Under the pieces are notes generated by a model, which worked only from the letters and a program-made list of their open reading frames with translations, made no database searches and was not told the origin of the DNA. 64,000 bases of DNA. Source: Amphiscolops sp. MND2022 (Eukaryota). The position numbers and the translations under genes are program-made. Below, piece by piece: positions 11,701-27,053 of this stretch. Each line of letters begins with the position of its first letter. The stretch's first letter is position 1. The stretch spans positions 72,108,001-72,172,000 of the forward strand of contig OZ076409.1 in the NCBI GenBank assembly GCA_964187785.1, read 5' to 3'.

Positions 11701-13552
11701 CATTTCTTAAAAAATTTCAAATGCACGCCATTTGCCGTATGAGAATAGCACAGAAAACTATCACATACCGATCAACTCTACTTCTATTGTAGATTATCAG
11801 ATTTTTGTTTAGAACAAATTTTTATGGATATAAAAAATTTTTAAACCCTCCAAAAATGAGCCAAAATAACACGAAAAAATGGACCCTAAATTTTTAAAAT
11901 GTCAAAAAATTATCCAAACCACAGCTTCTTGGGGTTCTATCAGCTCCACGTGGTCCACAGAGTATGCTAAAACAGGTTTTGCCCGTTTTTGAGCAGTATA
12001 TGAAAAAGCCGACATTTTTGGGGAAGAAAAACATACCATTTCCTAAATAATTTCAAATGCAGGCAATTTGCCGTATGAGAGTAGCACAGAAAACTATCAC
12101 ACACCGATCAACTCTACTTCTTTTGTAGATTATCAGAATTATGTTTAGAGTAAAGTTTTATGGATATGAAAAATTTTTATACCCTCCAAAAATGGGCCAA
12201 AATGACACAAAAAAATTGACCTCAAATTTTTAAAATGTCAAAAAATTATCCAAACCACAGCGTCTTGGCGTTCTATCAACTCCAAATGACCTTCAGAGTA
12301 TACCAAACCAGGTATTGCCAATCTTTTGAGCAATATTTAAAAACACCGACTATTTGGCAAGAACACGATAATATGTTCCATATAAGAAGTGAATCATTCC
12401 ACATATATACCCGGTCTAATATTTCCAAATTAGCGATAACATTTATACATGATGGTTTTTGAAAGTGAGCTTCATAAGAGGTTGAGATGTAATAATACGT
12501 AAATGGACCCTAAGTTTCATTGAAATCTCAATGGAATACGTCCAATCAACTTCAATCCTAACTATTATATAACAAAAAACACTTGAGTACATTCCATCTC
12601 CCCATCGGGGGAGATGAGAATGTACTTTTCAAAAGCCAAAAACTTCGAATTTTAAATCTTTTGTAACATTGTATGTAACTGTTGAAACGATGAACGAATA
12701 AAAATGCTTCTAGTACCTTCATCAATTTTTGCTTCAGCTCCTATTTCTGCAGAACAAAACCAAAAGACACACTTACAGCAGTTAAGTTCGATTGTATAAC
12801 TCAGTGAATAAAGGTATGACTGAGGAAGTTCACAAGTTGTTTCAAAAGTTTCCGGCCTTCCAAAATCATGAAACGTCCACACAACCAAGATAGCAAGTGA
12901 AAGAATGCTGAATGCACCTTATTAGATGAGATAAATAATGTGTGGAACTTGCCATTATCTCAAGATGACGTTGATTTATGATCTTTTAAGGATAGTTCGA
13001 TATGTGACCACAATAGTGGAAAACTTATTACTATTTGAAGAACACCGTGGAAAGCGTTCAGAAAGGACAGTATATTTGTTTCGAGCATGCATGCGTGTGT
13101 TCCTTTGGTGACGTTAGCTTAGTGTACATGACGGAGGTATTCGAGAGATTATGATAGAGTTTACTCACAAGTCTTTGTTTTTTTAAACTTTCTATGCCGT
13201 TGAGTACATTCGTAAGGTACATCCATCCCCTTCTCTGGGAATGTACGTTTGCCAAATGACTGTCATCCAAAATTCGTAATCCGGACGAGTTTAACTACAT
13301 AAACATGTGATGAGCGTTTTCAATTCACAACCGAATAACATTTTTTTTCTCGAAAATGATGATGGTTTTGATTTTGATGTCTTCTACTTTTATCATCATG
13401 CAAACGACCTTACCATGTCTCTCTTCTGTCGTCATTTGTACAACGCCACATAGCGTTCCGACGCCCACCGTCTGTGGGCATGCCGAGGCATGCCCTTCGA
13501 CGACGTATGCCAAATGAGCCATACCCGCACTCTGGAGTGCGGTAGCGGCTAG
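8792..13552 (+). mobile_element. L-class module (4761 bp), variant 5' part
   Basis: Same termini and layout as 4031-8791. The 5' ~1 kb carries different variants. Confidence 0.65.
11025..12369 (+). repeat. ~335-bp tandem repeat, ~4 copies
   Basis: Same block as 6265-7608. Confidence 0.9.
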
Positions 13553-16500
13553 GTGGGCGGGGGTAATTCCCCAACTAAAAAATCGGCCGGCGGGTAGGGT
13601 CCTGCCGGCCGTCCAAAATCAAAAATATACTAGTAGAAAACGGCCGGTCAAACGAGCTATTTTTTATTTAACCGTTAGAATTTGGGTTTAGATTGCATGC
13701 GGCCATGAAATGGCCATACGAATCGAAGTTCCTGCTGACGTTTTGCGATTGAAACACTTTATAAAAAGTTATGGCCAATTTGTCAGTCACCTAGAAGGGC
13801 AAAATGAGGAAAATTTTAACAAAGTCGCTAATAACTCAAAATGTGTTATTTTTTGGACTTTGACTGTGAAACAAGCTTGGAACCTTCATTTCGTGGCTGT
13901 GGCATTGCACTGAACCCAAAAGATGTAAAGTTTTTACATTTTTTGAAAATTTGACATTTTTGAAATTTTTTTCACTACTATCAGTACCATATATGTCAAA
14001 AACACCTCAGAAAAAAAATTTTATTTGCTTTAACTTGGAAACCTTGGTATCCATGGTTTCTGTCGGAACCTACTCGCAACCAAACAACCAACAGTTTGCA
14101 TCCAATGTGAAAATAAAAAATTTTTCTGGGTCATAAGCGTTTCACAAGGATTTCTCAACTTAGTATTAATTTACAAAATGGTCATTTTGAACACAATATT
14201 TTCATCGAGGCTTGTCGGCTATAGCCTTAATGTTCTAGAACGGTCCCACTGGCAACGTAGGAACCATTTATAGTAATAGAAAGTTTAAAAAAAATATTTT
14301 CACCCTGTCTTCAGTCATTTTTCAGTCATTCGGAACTTAACTTAGAAAAATTTCGACCAAAATACCCATTTTTTGACAGATCGAAAATTCAAATTCAACT
14401 TTTTAAGCAAAATTAGTAACTCTGACGTAACCAGTGGGGCTCATGATACTCAAAAACACGATTGGGACTGGTACCAATGGCTCCAATATCATATGAGCCG
14501 CGATAAGACGTTATTTTGAGCAATACGTCTCAATTGAGGGAAACATCTCGCAAGCCTGGGATCACAGTTAAAAGTGATTTCGTCAAAAATTTACTCTTTT
14601 TCGTCAATCACTATGTACACAGAGTGCGTAGGGTGAGTTTCAGCACTATAATGCGGTTTTTGAAGGAATCGGTCTGCTCAAGGGGTGGTATGAGACATTT
14701 TTTTTGCATGTAGTACTATATTTCTCAAAACTTTTAGCCCAATATCTCGAAAAGCTCACTTCGCAAATTACTTTCAGTTACTCTATTCGAAGCTTAGAAT
14801 TTATATGAACACTGTGGTTGATCAGAAACTCTTGACTATTTTGTTTTTGGAAAAAAACTGCCTTGCATGTGTTACATTAGTGGCAGGAAAAATACCAGTA
14901 GCTCCAAAAATCACAATTTTGGACGGACAGACCTGCAATGATGCAAAGCAAAAACGTTTCAACAACTTCTGGCGCCACTTTTTTTACCCAAGAGGTTCGA
15001 AATTACTATTAACAATGCTGACATTCGCTATAAATAAGATCGAGGTCAATTTACTAACACTTAGGTTATACATTTATATCTGAGAAACCATTCTTTGTCA
15101 GGTCGCAATTTTAAATTTAGTTTGGGAAGCAATACTTTTCACTCTGAAGCAAACCGTTGGGCCCAAATTACTCAAAAACTACAAAAAGACTGTCACCATA
15201 TGCCCTAATAGCATATGAGATTCGACCGTATGTTTTTAACACAAAAACTCTCATCCGAAGTAAACATGTTGAAAGCCTTGAATCACCGTGAGAAATGATT
15301 TCATCAAAAAATATTCCTTTTTCGTCAATCTTTATCTACACAGAACACGTTGTGTCATTTTCAGCCGTGAAATGAGCTTCTACCGTAATATGGGTTGCTC
15401 AAGGTGTTGTATAAGACAAAAACTTCCTCTTTTCTACTATCTTCTTCAAATATTTCAACCCTTTGTCACAAGAAGTTAATATTCAAAATCTCTTTGAAAT
15501 GTTTCTTTAGGTTGGGGTGAAGTGTTAGAACAATAATTATGATCGAAGAATGATAGTATTGGTGTTTGGACCATGTCCGGATGAACAAATTGCAAAATCA
15601 TGAAAAATTTCTTACCATTTTTGGTCATTTTGTCAGTACTAAAAATGTTAGCTGAAAAAGAATTTTTTGATGGCACCATTGGATTCCTCTCAAAAAGTTA
15701 GCTATATGAACTGTGTAATAACCCCGTATCTTTTCAATTTAAATAATTTTAAAAAGCAAACTTTTTTGACTAAAATCCTAAAAATGATACCATTTCCTAA
15801 AAAATTTCAAATGCCCCCCATTTGACGTATAAGAATAGCACAGAAAACTATCACATACCGATCGACTCTACTTCCATTGTAGATTACCAGAATTTTGTTT
15901 AGAACAATTTTTGACGGATGCAAAAAAAATTTAAACCCTCCAAAAAAGGGCCAAAATTACACGAAAAAATTGACCTTAAAATTTTAAAATGTCGAAAAAT
16001 CATCAAAACCACAGCTTCTTGGGGTTCTATCAACTACACGTGGTCCACAGAGTATGTTAAAACAAGTTTTACCCGTATTTGAGCAATATGTGAAAAAGCC
16101 GACTTTTTTGGGAATGAAAAACATACCATTTCCTAAAAAATTTCAAACGCACCCCATTTGACGTATAAGAATAGCACAGAAAACTATCACATACCGATCG
16201 ACTCTACTTCCATTGTAGGTTACCAGAATCTTGTTTAGAACAATTGTTGACGGATGCAAAAAAAAATTAAACCCTCCAAAAATGGGCCAAAATTACACGA
16301 AAAAATTGACCTTAAAATTTTAAAATGTCAAAAAATCATCAAAACCACAGCTTCTTGGGGTTCTATCAACTCCACGTGGTCCACAGAGTATGCTAAAACA
16401 GGTTTTACATGTTTCTGAGCTATATGTGAAAAAACCGACATTTTGGGGAAGAAAAACATACCATTTCTTAAAAAATTTCAAATGCACGCCATTTGCCGTA

Positions 16501-18312
16501 TGAGAATAGCACAGAAAACTATCACATACCGATCAACTCTACTTCTATTGTAGATTATCAGATTTTTGTTTAGAACAAATTTTTATGGATATAAAAAATT
16601 TTTAAACCCTCCAAAAATGAGCCAAAATAACACGAAAAAATGGACCCTAAATTTTTAAAATGTCAAAAAATTATCCAAACCACAGCTTCTTGGGGTTCTA
16701 TCAGCTCCACGTGGTCCACAGAGTATGCTAAAACAGGTTTTGCCCGTTTTTGAGCAGTATATGAAAAAGCCGACATTTTTGGGGAAGAAAAACATACCAT
16801 TTCCTAAATAATTTCAAATGCAGGCAATTTGCCATATGAGAGTAGCACAGAAAACTATCACACACCGATCAACTCTACTTCTTTTGTAGATTATCAGAAT
16901 TATGTTTAGAGTAAAGTTTTATGGATATGAAAAATTTTTATACCCTCCAAAAATGGGCCAAAATGACACGAAAAAATTGACCTCAAATTTTTAAAATGTC
17001 AAAAAATTATCCAAACCACAGCGTCTTGGCGTTCTATCAACTCCAAATGACCTTCAGAGTATACCAAACCAGGTATTGCCAATCTTTTGAGCAATATTTA
17101 AAAACACCGACTATTTGGCAAGAACACCATAATATGTTCCATATAAGAAGTGAATCATTCCACATATATACCCGGTCTAATATTTCCAAATTAGCGATAA
17201 CATTTATACATGATGGTTTTTGAAAGTGAGCTTCATAAGAGGTTGAGATGTAATAATACGTAAATGGACCCTAAGTTTCATTGAAATCTCAATGGAATAC
17301 GTCCAATCAACTTCAATCCTAACTATTATATAACAAAAAACACTTGAGTACATTCCATCTCCCCATCGGGGGAGATGAGAATGTACTTTTCAAAAGCCAA
17401 AAACTTCGAATTTTAAGTCTTTTGTAACATTGTATGTAACTGTTGAAACGATGAACGAATGAAAATGCTTCTAGTACCTTCATCAATTTTTGCTTCAGCT
17501 CCTATTTCTGCAGAACAAAACCAAAAGACACACTTACAGCAGTTAAGTTCGATTGTATAACTCAGTGAGTAAAGGTATGACTGAGGAAGTTCACAAGTTG
17601 TTTCAAAAGTTTCCGGCCTTCCAAAATCATGAAACGTCCACACAACCAAGATAGCAAGTGAAAGAATGCTGAATGCACCTTATTAGATGAGATAAATAAT
17701 GTGTGGAACTTGCCATTATCTCAAGATGACGTTGATTTATGATCTTTTAAGGATAGTTCGATATGTGACCACAATAGTGGAAAACTTATTACTATTTGAA
17801 GAACACCGTGGAAAGCGTTCAGAAAGGACAGTATATTTGTTTCGAGCATGCATGCGTGTGTTCCTTTGGTGACGTTAGCTTAGTGTACATGACGGAGGTA
17901 TTCGAGAGATTATGATAGAGTTTACTCACAAGTCTTTGTTTTTTTAAACTTTCTATGCCGTTGAGTACATTCGTAAGGTACATCCATCCCCTTCTCTGGG
18001 AATGTACGTTTGCCAAATGACTGTCATCCAAAATTCGTAATCCGGACGAGTTTAACTACATAAACATGTGATGAGCGTTTTCAATTCACAACCGAATAAC
18101 ATTTTTTTCTCGAAAATGATGATGGTTTTGATTTTGATGTCTTCTACTTTTATCATCATGCAAACGACCTTACCATGTCTCTCTTCTGTCGTCATTTGTA
18201 CAACGCCACATAGCGTTCCGACGCCCACCGTCTGTGGGCATGCCGAGGCATGCCCTTCGACGACGTATGCCAAATGAGCCATACCCGCACTCTGGAGTGC
18301 GGTAGCGGCTAG
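13553..18312 (+). mobile_element. L-class module (4760 bp)
   Basis: Same termini and layout. Near-identical to the module starting at 59646. Confidence 0.65.
15786..17130 (+). repeat. ~335-bp tandem repeat, ~4 copies
   Basis: Same block as 6265-7608. Confidence 0.9.
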
Positions 18313-20304
18313 GTGGGCGGGGGTAATTCCCCAACAAAAATTACGGCCGGCGGGTTGGGTCCTGCCGGACGTTCAAATAGCGCGAAGCATCTAGTAGAAA
18401 ACAAGGAGTCCTGAAACAGCGATTTTAAAATTGAACCGTTAGAATTTGGTTTTAGATTGCATGCGGCCCTAAAATCCCCATACGAATGGAAGTTCCTGCT
18501 GGCGTTAAGCGATTGAAATAATATATAAAAAGTTATGGCCCATTTTTGGGTCACCGAGAAGGTCAAAATGAAGAAAATTTTAACTAAGTTGCTGATAACT
18601 CAAAATGTGGTAATTTTTGGACTTTGACTGTGAAACAAGCTTGGAACCTTCATTTCGTGGCTGTGGCATTGCACTGAACACAAAAGATGTAAAGTTTTCA
18701 CATTTTTTGAAAATTCGACATTTTTGAATTTTTTTTCACTACTATCAGTACACTATATGTCAAAAACACCTCTGAAAAATTTTTTTATTTGCTTAAATTT
18801 AGAAACCTCGGTATCCATGGTTTCCGTCAGTACCTACTCGCTGCCAAACACTCAACAGTTTGCATCCAATGTGAAAATAAAATTTTTTTCGAGGTCTTAG
18901 GTGTTTCACAAGGATTTCTCAACTTAGTATCAATTTACAAATTGGTCATTTTGAACACATTATTTTCATCGAAGCGTGTCATATACCGCCCTAATGCTCA
19001 CGAACGGGCCTACTGGCAACGTTGGAACCATTTATAGTAATAAAAAGTTTTAAAAAATTTTTTTCACCCCGTCTTCAGTCATTTTACACACTTTCGGAAC
19101 TTAACTTAGAAAAATTTCAACCAAAAACCCATTTTTTGTCAAGTCGAAAATTCAAATTCAGCTTTTTAAGCAAAATAAATAAATCTGACATAACCAGTGG
19201 GGCCCATGAAACTCAAAACCACGATTGAGACTGGTATCAATGGCTCCAATAACATATGAGTCGCGATAAGACGCTATTTTGAGCAAAACATCTCAATTGA
19301 GGTAAAGATCTCGCAAGCCAGCGATCACTGTGAAATGTGATTTCATCAAAAATTTACTCTTTTTTGTCAATCACTATGTGCACAGAATGCGTAGGGTGCG
19401 TTTCAGCACTATAATGAGGTTTTTGAAGGCATCGAGTTGCTCAAGGGGTGGTATGAGACATTTTTGTCCCATATACTACTGTAGTTTCCAAAATTTTTAC
19501 CCCAATATCTGGAAATACAAACTTGACAAAATACTTTCAACTACTTTATTCAAAGGTTACAATATAGATGAACACTGTGGTTGATAAGAAACTTTCATCT
19601 CTTTCGTTTTCGGAAATATTTCCGTTCGCATGTGTTACATTCATAGCAGAAAAAAAAATCGAAACTGAAAAATACGCTATTTTGCTGATATAGAATCGCA
19701 ATGATTGTGCCTAAAAACTCTTTAAACACTTCTAACGCAACCACCTTACGCACCCAAAATGATCGAAAATGCTATTCACAATGGTGACATGTGCTCTTTC
19801 TACGATCCTGGCTGGACAAGGTTTGCATATTTTTCAAGTACCTGTCAGCTAAATCTTGTGATAGCCTTTTCAGTTGGCCTTGTGTCAACTTGGGAAGGCT
19901 ATCACATCAAAAAACCATCAACAAAAATAATTTTTGTTTATTGGATCTTACAGTCGATACTTTTTTTCGTGATTCTATACTACCGTTAGTATATTTCATC
20001 AGGTCACCTTACGATTGCATTCAGTCTTTGATAAAAACCTATGAACTCAAAGTCACATTTATATATTTTTTTGCCAAAAAATAATATCAAAAATATCTAA
20101 AATACATAAAATAGAGTCTTTAACATTTTTACGTTTCAAGTTTTTGCCGTTATCAGGCCAATCAACGTCCTAGAGCCACATCCTGCCACATACTGTACAA
20201 CGCCACATAGTGTTGCGACGTGCACAGTCTGTGGGCATGCCGAGGCATGCCCTTCGACGACGTATGCCGAATACCGCGGGCCTACGCCCGCGCTCCCCGG
20301 CTAG
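18313..20304 (+). mobile_element. S-class module (1992 bp)
   Basis: GTGG start, S-type tail + CTAG. Near-identical to 25066-27053 and 44811-46799. Confidence 0.65.
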
Positions 20305-23300
20305 GTGGGCGGGGGTAATTCCCCAACTAAAAAATCGGCCGGCGGGTAGGGTCCTGCCGGCCGTCCAAAATCAAAATTATACTAGTAGAAAACGGCCGGT
20401 CAAACGAGCTATTTTTTTATTTAACCGTTAGAATTTGGGTTTAGATTGCATGCGGCCATGAAATGGCCATACGAATCGAAGTTCCTGCTGACGATTTGCG
20501 ATTGAAACACTTTATAAAAAGTTATGGCCAATTTGTCATTCACCTAGAAGGGCAAAATGAGGAAAATTTTAACAAAGTCGCTGATAACTCAAAATGTAAT
20601 AATTTTTGGACTTTGACAGTGAAACAAGCTTGGAACTGTCATTTCGTGGCTGTGGCATTGCACTGAACACAAAAGATGTAAAGTTTTCACATTTTTTGAA
20701 AATTCGACATTTTTGAATTTTTTTCACTACTATCAGTACACTATATGTCAAAAACGCCTCTGAAAAAAATTTTTATTTGCTTAAAATTAGAAACCTTGGT
20801 ATCCATGGTTTCCGTCAGTACCTAATCGCTGCCAAACGCTCAACAGTTTGCATCCAATGTGAAAATATAATTTTTTTCGAGGTCATAGGTGTTTCACAAG
20901 GATTTCTCAACTTAGTATCTATTTACAAATTGGTCATTTTGAACACATTATTTTCATCGAAGCGTGTCAGATACCACCCTAATGCTCACAAATGGGCCTA
21001 CTGGCAACGTTGGAACCATTTTTAGTAATAGAAAGTATTAAAAAAATATTTTCACCCGGTCTTCAGTCATTTTTCAGACATTCGGTACTTAACTTAGAAA
21101 AATTTCGCATCAAAAACCCATATTTGGTAGGGTCGAAAATTGAAATTCAGTTTTTTATGCAAAATGATTAACTCTGACGTAACCAGTGGAGCCCATGATA
21201 CTCAAAAACACGATTGGGACTGGTATCAGTGGCTCCAATAACATATGAGCCGCGATAAGACGTTATTCAGAGCAAACGCTCTAAATCGAAGTAAACATCT
21301 CTGAAGCCTGGGATCACAGTGAAATGTGATATCACCAAAAGTTTACTCTTTTTTGTCAATCACTATGTACACAGAGTGCGTAGGGTGAGTTTCAGGACTA
21401 TAATGAGGTTTTTGAAGTAATCGCGCTGCTCAAGGGGTGGTATGAGACTATTCTTTCCCATATACTACTACATTTCCATAAATTTGCAGTCCATTGTCTT
21501 GGAAAGATAACTTCACAAAAACAATTTTTCTACTCTATTCAGTTATTAGAATAAAGTTGAACACTGTGGTTGATCAGAAATGCTCAATTCTTTTGGTTTT
21601 TAAAAAAATTCCTTCGCATTCGTTACATTTGTGGAAGGAAGGTTATCAGTAGCTCCAAAAAAAAACGAAATTTAGCACGAACAGACATGCAACGATGCAA
21701 AGCAAAAACGTTTTTACAACTTCCGACGTCATTATTTTACCCAAGAAGTTCGAAAATATCATTCGCAATGCTGTCATTCGCTATATATACGATCGCGGTC
21801 AATTTACAAACATTTAGATTTCATTGTTCTGCTTGAAAACCAATTTTTGTCAGGTCGAAATTTTAAATTTTGCCTGGGTAGCAATACCCTTCACGCTGAA
21901 GTAAACAGTGGGGCCCAAGTTACTCAAAAACAAGAAAGAGACTGCTACAATATGTCCTAATAACATATGGACCACGATAGTACGTTTTTCACACAAAAAA
22001 CTCTCATCCGAAGTAAATATGTTGAAAGCTTTTAATCACCGTGAGAAGTGATTTCATCAAAAAATAACTCTTTTTTGTCAATCACTGTTTACACAGAATT
22101 TGTAAAGTTAGTTTGAGTCATGAAATGAGGCTTTACCGTAATATGGGTTGCTCAAGGTGTTATATAAGACAAAAACTTCCTCTTTACTACTAGCTTCTTC
22201 AAATATTTCAACCCTTTGTCACAATAAGTTAATATTCAAAATCTCTTTGAAATGTATCTTTATGTTGGGGTGAAGTCTAAGAACAATAACTATGATCGAA
22301 GAATGATAGTACTGGTGTTTGAACCATGTCCGGATGAACAAATCACAAAATCATCAAAAAATTGTTCCCTTTTTTGGTTATTTTGGCAGTACTAAAAATG
22401 TTAGCTGATAAATAATTTTTTCGATGGCACCATTGGATTCCTCTCAAAAAGTTGGTTATATGACCTGTGTAATAACCCCGTATCTTTTCAATTTAAATAT
22501 ATTTAAAAAGCCAACTATTTTGACCAAAATCCTAAAAATCATACCATTTCCTAAAAATTTTCAAATGCACCCCATTTGACGTATAAGATAAGCACAGAAA
22601 ACTATCATATACCGATCAACTCTACTCCCATTGTAGATTATTATAATTTTGTTTAGAATGAATTTTGATGGATATTAAAAAAATTTTGAACCCTCCAAAA
22701 ATGGGCCAAAATTACACGAAAAAATTGACCTTAAAATACCAAAATGTCAAAAAATCATCAAAACCACGGCTTCTTGGGGTTCTATTAACTCCGCGTGGTC
22801 CACAGAGTATGCTAAAACAGGATTTACCCGTTTTTGAGCAATATGTGAAAAAGCCGACATTTTTGGGAAAGAAAAACATACCATTTCCTAAAAAAATTCA
22901 AATGCACGTCATTTGCCGTATTAGAATAGCACAGAAAACTATCACATACCAATCAACTCTACTTTCATTGCAGATGAACAGAATTTTGTTTAGAATAAAT
23001 TTTACCGGATAATAAAAAAAGTTGAATCCTTCAAAAATGGGCCAAAATTACACGAAAAAATGGACATTAAAAATTTAAAATGTCAAAAAATCATCAAAAC
23101 AACAGCTTCTTGGGCTTCTATCAACTCCACGAGGTCCACAGAGTATGCTAAAACAGGTTTTACCCGTTTTTGAGCAATATCTGAAAAAGCCGACATTTTT
23201 GGGAAAGAAAAACATACCATTTCCTAAAAAAATTCAAATGCACGCCATTTGCCGTATGAAAATAGCACAGAAAACTATCACATACCAATCAACTCTACTT

Positions 23301-25065
23301 TCATTGCAGATGAACAGAATTTTGTTTAGAATAAATTTTACCGGATAATAAAAAAATTTGATTCCTTCTAAAATGGGCCAAAATTACACGAAAAAATGGA
23401 CCTTAAAATTTTAAAATGTCAAAAAATCATCAAAACCACGGCTTCTTGTGGTTCTATCAACTCCACGTGGTCCACAGAGTATGCTTAACCCGGTTTTACC
23501 CATCTTTGAGCAAAATGTGAAAATACCGACATTTTTGGAAAAGAAAAACATGCCATTTTCTAATAAATTTCAAATGCACGCCATTTGCTGTATGAGAATA
23601 ACACAGAAAGCTGTCACATACCGATCAACTCTACTTCCATTGTAGATTATCAGAAGTTTGTTTAGAATAAATTTTGATGGATAATAAAAAAAATTGAATC
23701 CATCAAAAATGGGCCAAAATTACACGAAAAAATTGACCTTAAAATATCAAAATGTCAAAAAATCATCAAAACCACAGTTTCTTGGCGTTCTATCAACTCC
23801 ATATGATACCAAACCAGGTACTGCCAATCGTTTGAGTTATAATAAAAAAACATCTTTTTTGGCAAGAATTCCATACCATAAATAATAATCATGTTCCATA
23901 TAAGAAGCGAATCATTTCAGATATATACCCTGTTCATTTTTTTAATATTACCGATTATTAATTTAATAGATGTTTTGAATGTGAGCTTCCTAAAAGGTTC
24001 AGGTGTGATGATACGTAAATAGAACCTTAGTTTCATCGAAATCTCAATTGAATATGTCCAATCTTAACCATCAGATAACAAGAAACACTTAAGTACATTC
24101 CATCTCCCCATCGGGGGAGATGAGAATGTACTTTCGAGAAGCCAAATACGTCCAACATTCAAACTTTTGTAACTTTGTATGTAACTCCTGAAACGAAGAA
24201 GGAATAAAATTGTTTCTGGTACATACATGAGTCTTTACTTCAGCTTCTATTTCTGCTGAACAAAACCATTCGACTCTTTTGCCGGAGTTAAGATCGATTG
24301 TATTACCCAGTGAACAAAGGCATGACTGAAAACGTTTACTAATTTGTTCATAATTTTCCGGCCTTCCGAAATGATGAAACGTCCACATAACTAAGATAGC
24401 AAGTGAATGACTGCGAAATGCACCTTATTAGATGAGGTAAATAACGTGTAAAACTCTCCTTTATCCTAACATGAGGTTGAGTAATGATCATTTGAGAATA
24501 GTTTGATATGTGAATACAATAGTATAAAACCAGTACATTTTATATGAATAACGCCGTGGAAAGCGTTCAGAAAGGACAGTAGGCTTGTTTGGAACATGTA
24601 TGTGTGGTGTCCCTTGGTGGCGTTCGCTTAGTGTATATGTCGAGGGGTATTCGAGTTGTTATGATAGAATTTACACACAAGTGTTTTGTTTTTTGGTTTT
24701 TTTAAAATGTCGTTAAGTACCTGCATTCTATCCCCTTCTCAGAGATGACGTGAAGTTACGTTTGCTAAATAAATGTCATCGAAAGATCACACTCCCGACG
24801 AAATTAACTATCTTAACACGTGTTTAGAATTTTGAATAAACAACCGTATAAGATTTTTATATTTCATTGAGTTTGATGGAGTCTTTTGTTCTTCTCACTA
24901 CTATTTCAACCAATACACATATCCGTTACCATATCACATGTCTTCATTAGTACAACGCCACATAGCGTTCCGACGCCCACAGTCTGTGGGCATGCCGAGG
25001 CATGCCCTTCGACGACGTATGGCAAATGGAGCCATGCCCGCCGTCTTTACGGCGGTAGCGGCTAG
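20305..25065 (+). mobile_element. Diverged L-class module (4761 bp)
   Basis: Collinear with L but with many substitutions. Has its own tail hairpin, CCGCCGT-CTTT-ACGGCGG (25038-25055), then CTAG. Confidence 0.65.
22540..23880 (+). repeat. ~335-bp tandem repeat, ~4 copies (diverged)
   Basis: Same monomer motifs with different variants. Confidence 0.9.
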
Positions 25066-27053
25066 GTGGGCGGGGGTAATTCCCCAACAAAAATTACGGC
25101 CGGCGGGTTGGGTCCTGCCGGACGTTCAAATAGCGCGAAGCATCTAGTAGAAAACAAGGAGTCCTGAAACAGCGATTTTAAAATTGAACCGTTAGAATTT
25201 GGTTTTAGAGTGCATGCGGCCCTAAAATCCCCATACGAATGGAAGTTCCTGCTGACGTTAAGCGATTGAAATAATATATAAAAAGTTATGGCCCATTTTT
25301 GGGTCACCGAGAAGGTCAAAATGAAGAAAATTTTAACTAAGTTGCTGATAACTCAAAATGTGTTAATTTTTGGACTTTGACTGTGAAACAAGCTTGGAAT
25401 CTTCATTTCGTGGCTGTGGCATTGCACTGAACACAAAAGATGTAAAGTTTTCACATTTTTTGAAAATTCGACATTTTTGAATTTTTTTTCACTACTATCA
25501 GTACACTATATGTCAAAAACACCTCAGAAAAATTTTTTTATTTGCTTAAATTTAGAAACCTCGGTATCCATGGTTTCCGTCAGTACCTACTCCCTGCCAA
25601 ACACTCAACAGTTTGCATCCAATGTGAAAATAAATTTTTTTTCGAGGTCTTAGGTGTTTCACAAGGATTTCTCAACTTAGTATCAATTTACAAATTGGTC
25701 ATTTTGAACACATTATTTTCATCGAAGCGTGTCATATACCGCCCTAATGCTCACGAACGGGCCTACTGGCAACGCTGGAACCATTTATAGTAATAAAAAG
25801 TTTTAAAAAATTTTTTTCACCCCGTCTTCAGTCATTTTACACACTTTCGGAACTTAACTTAGAAAAATTTCAACCAAAAACCCATTTTTTGTCAAGTCGA
25901 AAATTCAAATTCAGCTTTTTAAGCAAAATAAATAAATCTGACATAACCAGTGGGGCCCATGAAACTCAAAACCACGATTGAGACTGGTATCAATGGCTCC
26001 AATAACATATGAGTCGCGATAAGACGCTATTTTGAGCAAAACATCTCAATTGAGGTAAAGATCTCGCAAGCCAGCGATCACTGTGAAATGTGATTTCATC
26101 AAAAATTTACTCTTTTTTGTCAATCACTATGTGCACAGAATGCGTAGGGTGCGTTTCAGCACTATAATGAGGTTTTTGAAGGCATCGAGTTGCTCAAGGG
26201 GTGGTATGAGACATTTTTGTTCCATATACTACTGTAGTTTCCAAAATTTTTACCCCAATATCTGGAAATACAAACTTGACAAAATACTTTCAACTACTTT
26301 ATTCAAAGGTTACAATATAGATGAACACTGTGGTTGATAAGAAACTTTCATCTCTTTCGTTTTCGGAAATATTTCCGTTCGCATGTGTTACATTCATAGC
26401 AGAAAAAAAATCGAAACTGAAAAATACGCTATTTTGCTGATATAGAATCGCAATGATTGTGCCTAAAAACTCTTTAAACACTTCTAACGCAACCTTACGC
26501 ACCCAAAATGATCGAAAATGCTATTCACAATGGTGACATGTGCTCTTTCTACGATCCTGGCTGGACAAGGTTTGCATGTTTTTCAAGTACCTGTCAGCTA
26601 AATCTTGTGATAGCCTTTTCAGTTGGCCTTGTGTCAACTTGGGAAGGCTATCACATCAAAAAACCATCAACACAAATAATTTTTGTTTATTGGATCTTAC
26701 AGTCGATACTTTTTTTCGTGATTCTATACTACCGTTAGTATATTTCATCAGGTCACCTTACGATTGCATTCAGTCTTTGATAAAAACCTATGAACTCAAA
26801 GTCACATTTATATATTTTTTTGTCAGAAAATAACATCAAAAATATCTAAAATATATAAAATAGAGTCTTTAACATTTTTACGTTTCAAGTTTTTGCCGTT
26901 ATTAGGCCAATCAACGTCCTAGAGCCACATCCTGCCACATACTGTACAACGCCACATAGTGTTGCGACGTGCACAGTCTGTGGGCATGCCGAGGCATGCC
27001 CTTCGACGACGTATGCCGAATACCGCGGGCCTACGCCCGCGCTCCCCGGCTAG
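25066..27053 (+). mobile_element. S-class module (1988 bp)
   Basis: GTGG start, S-type tail + CTAG. Confidence 0.65.
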
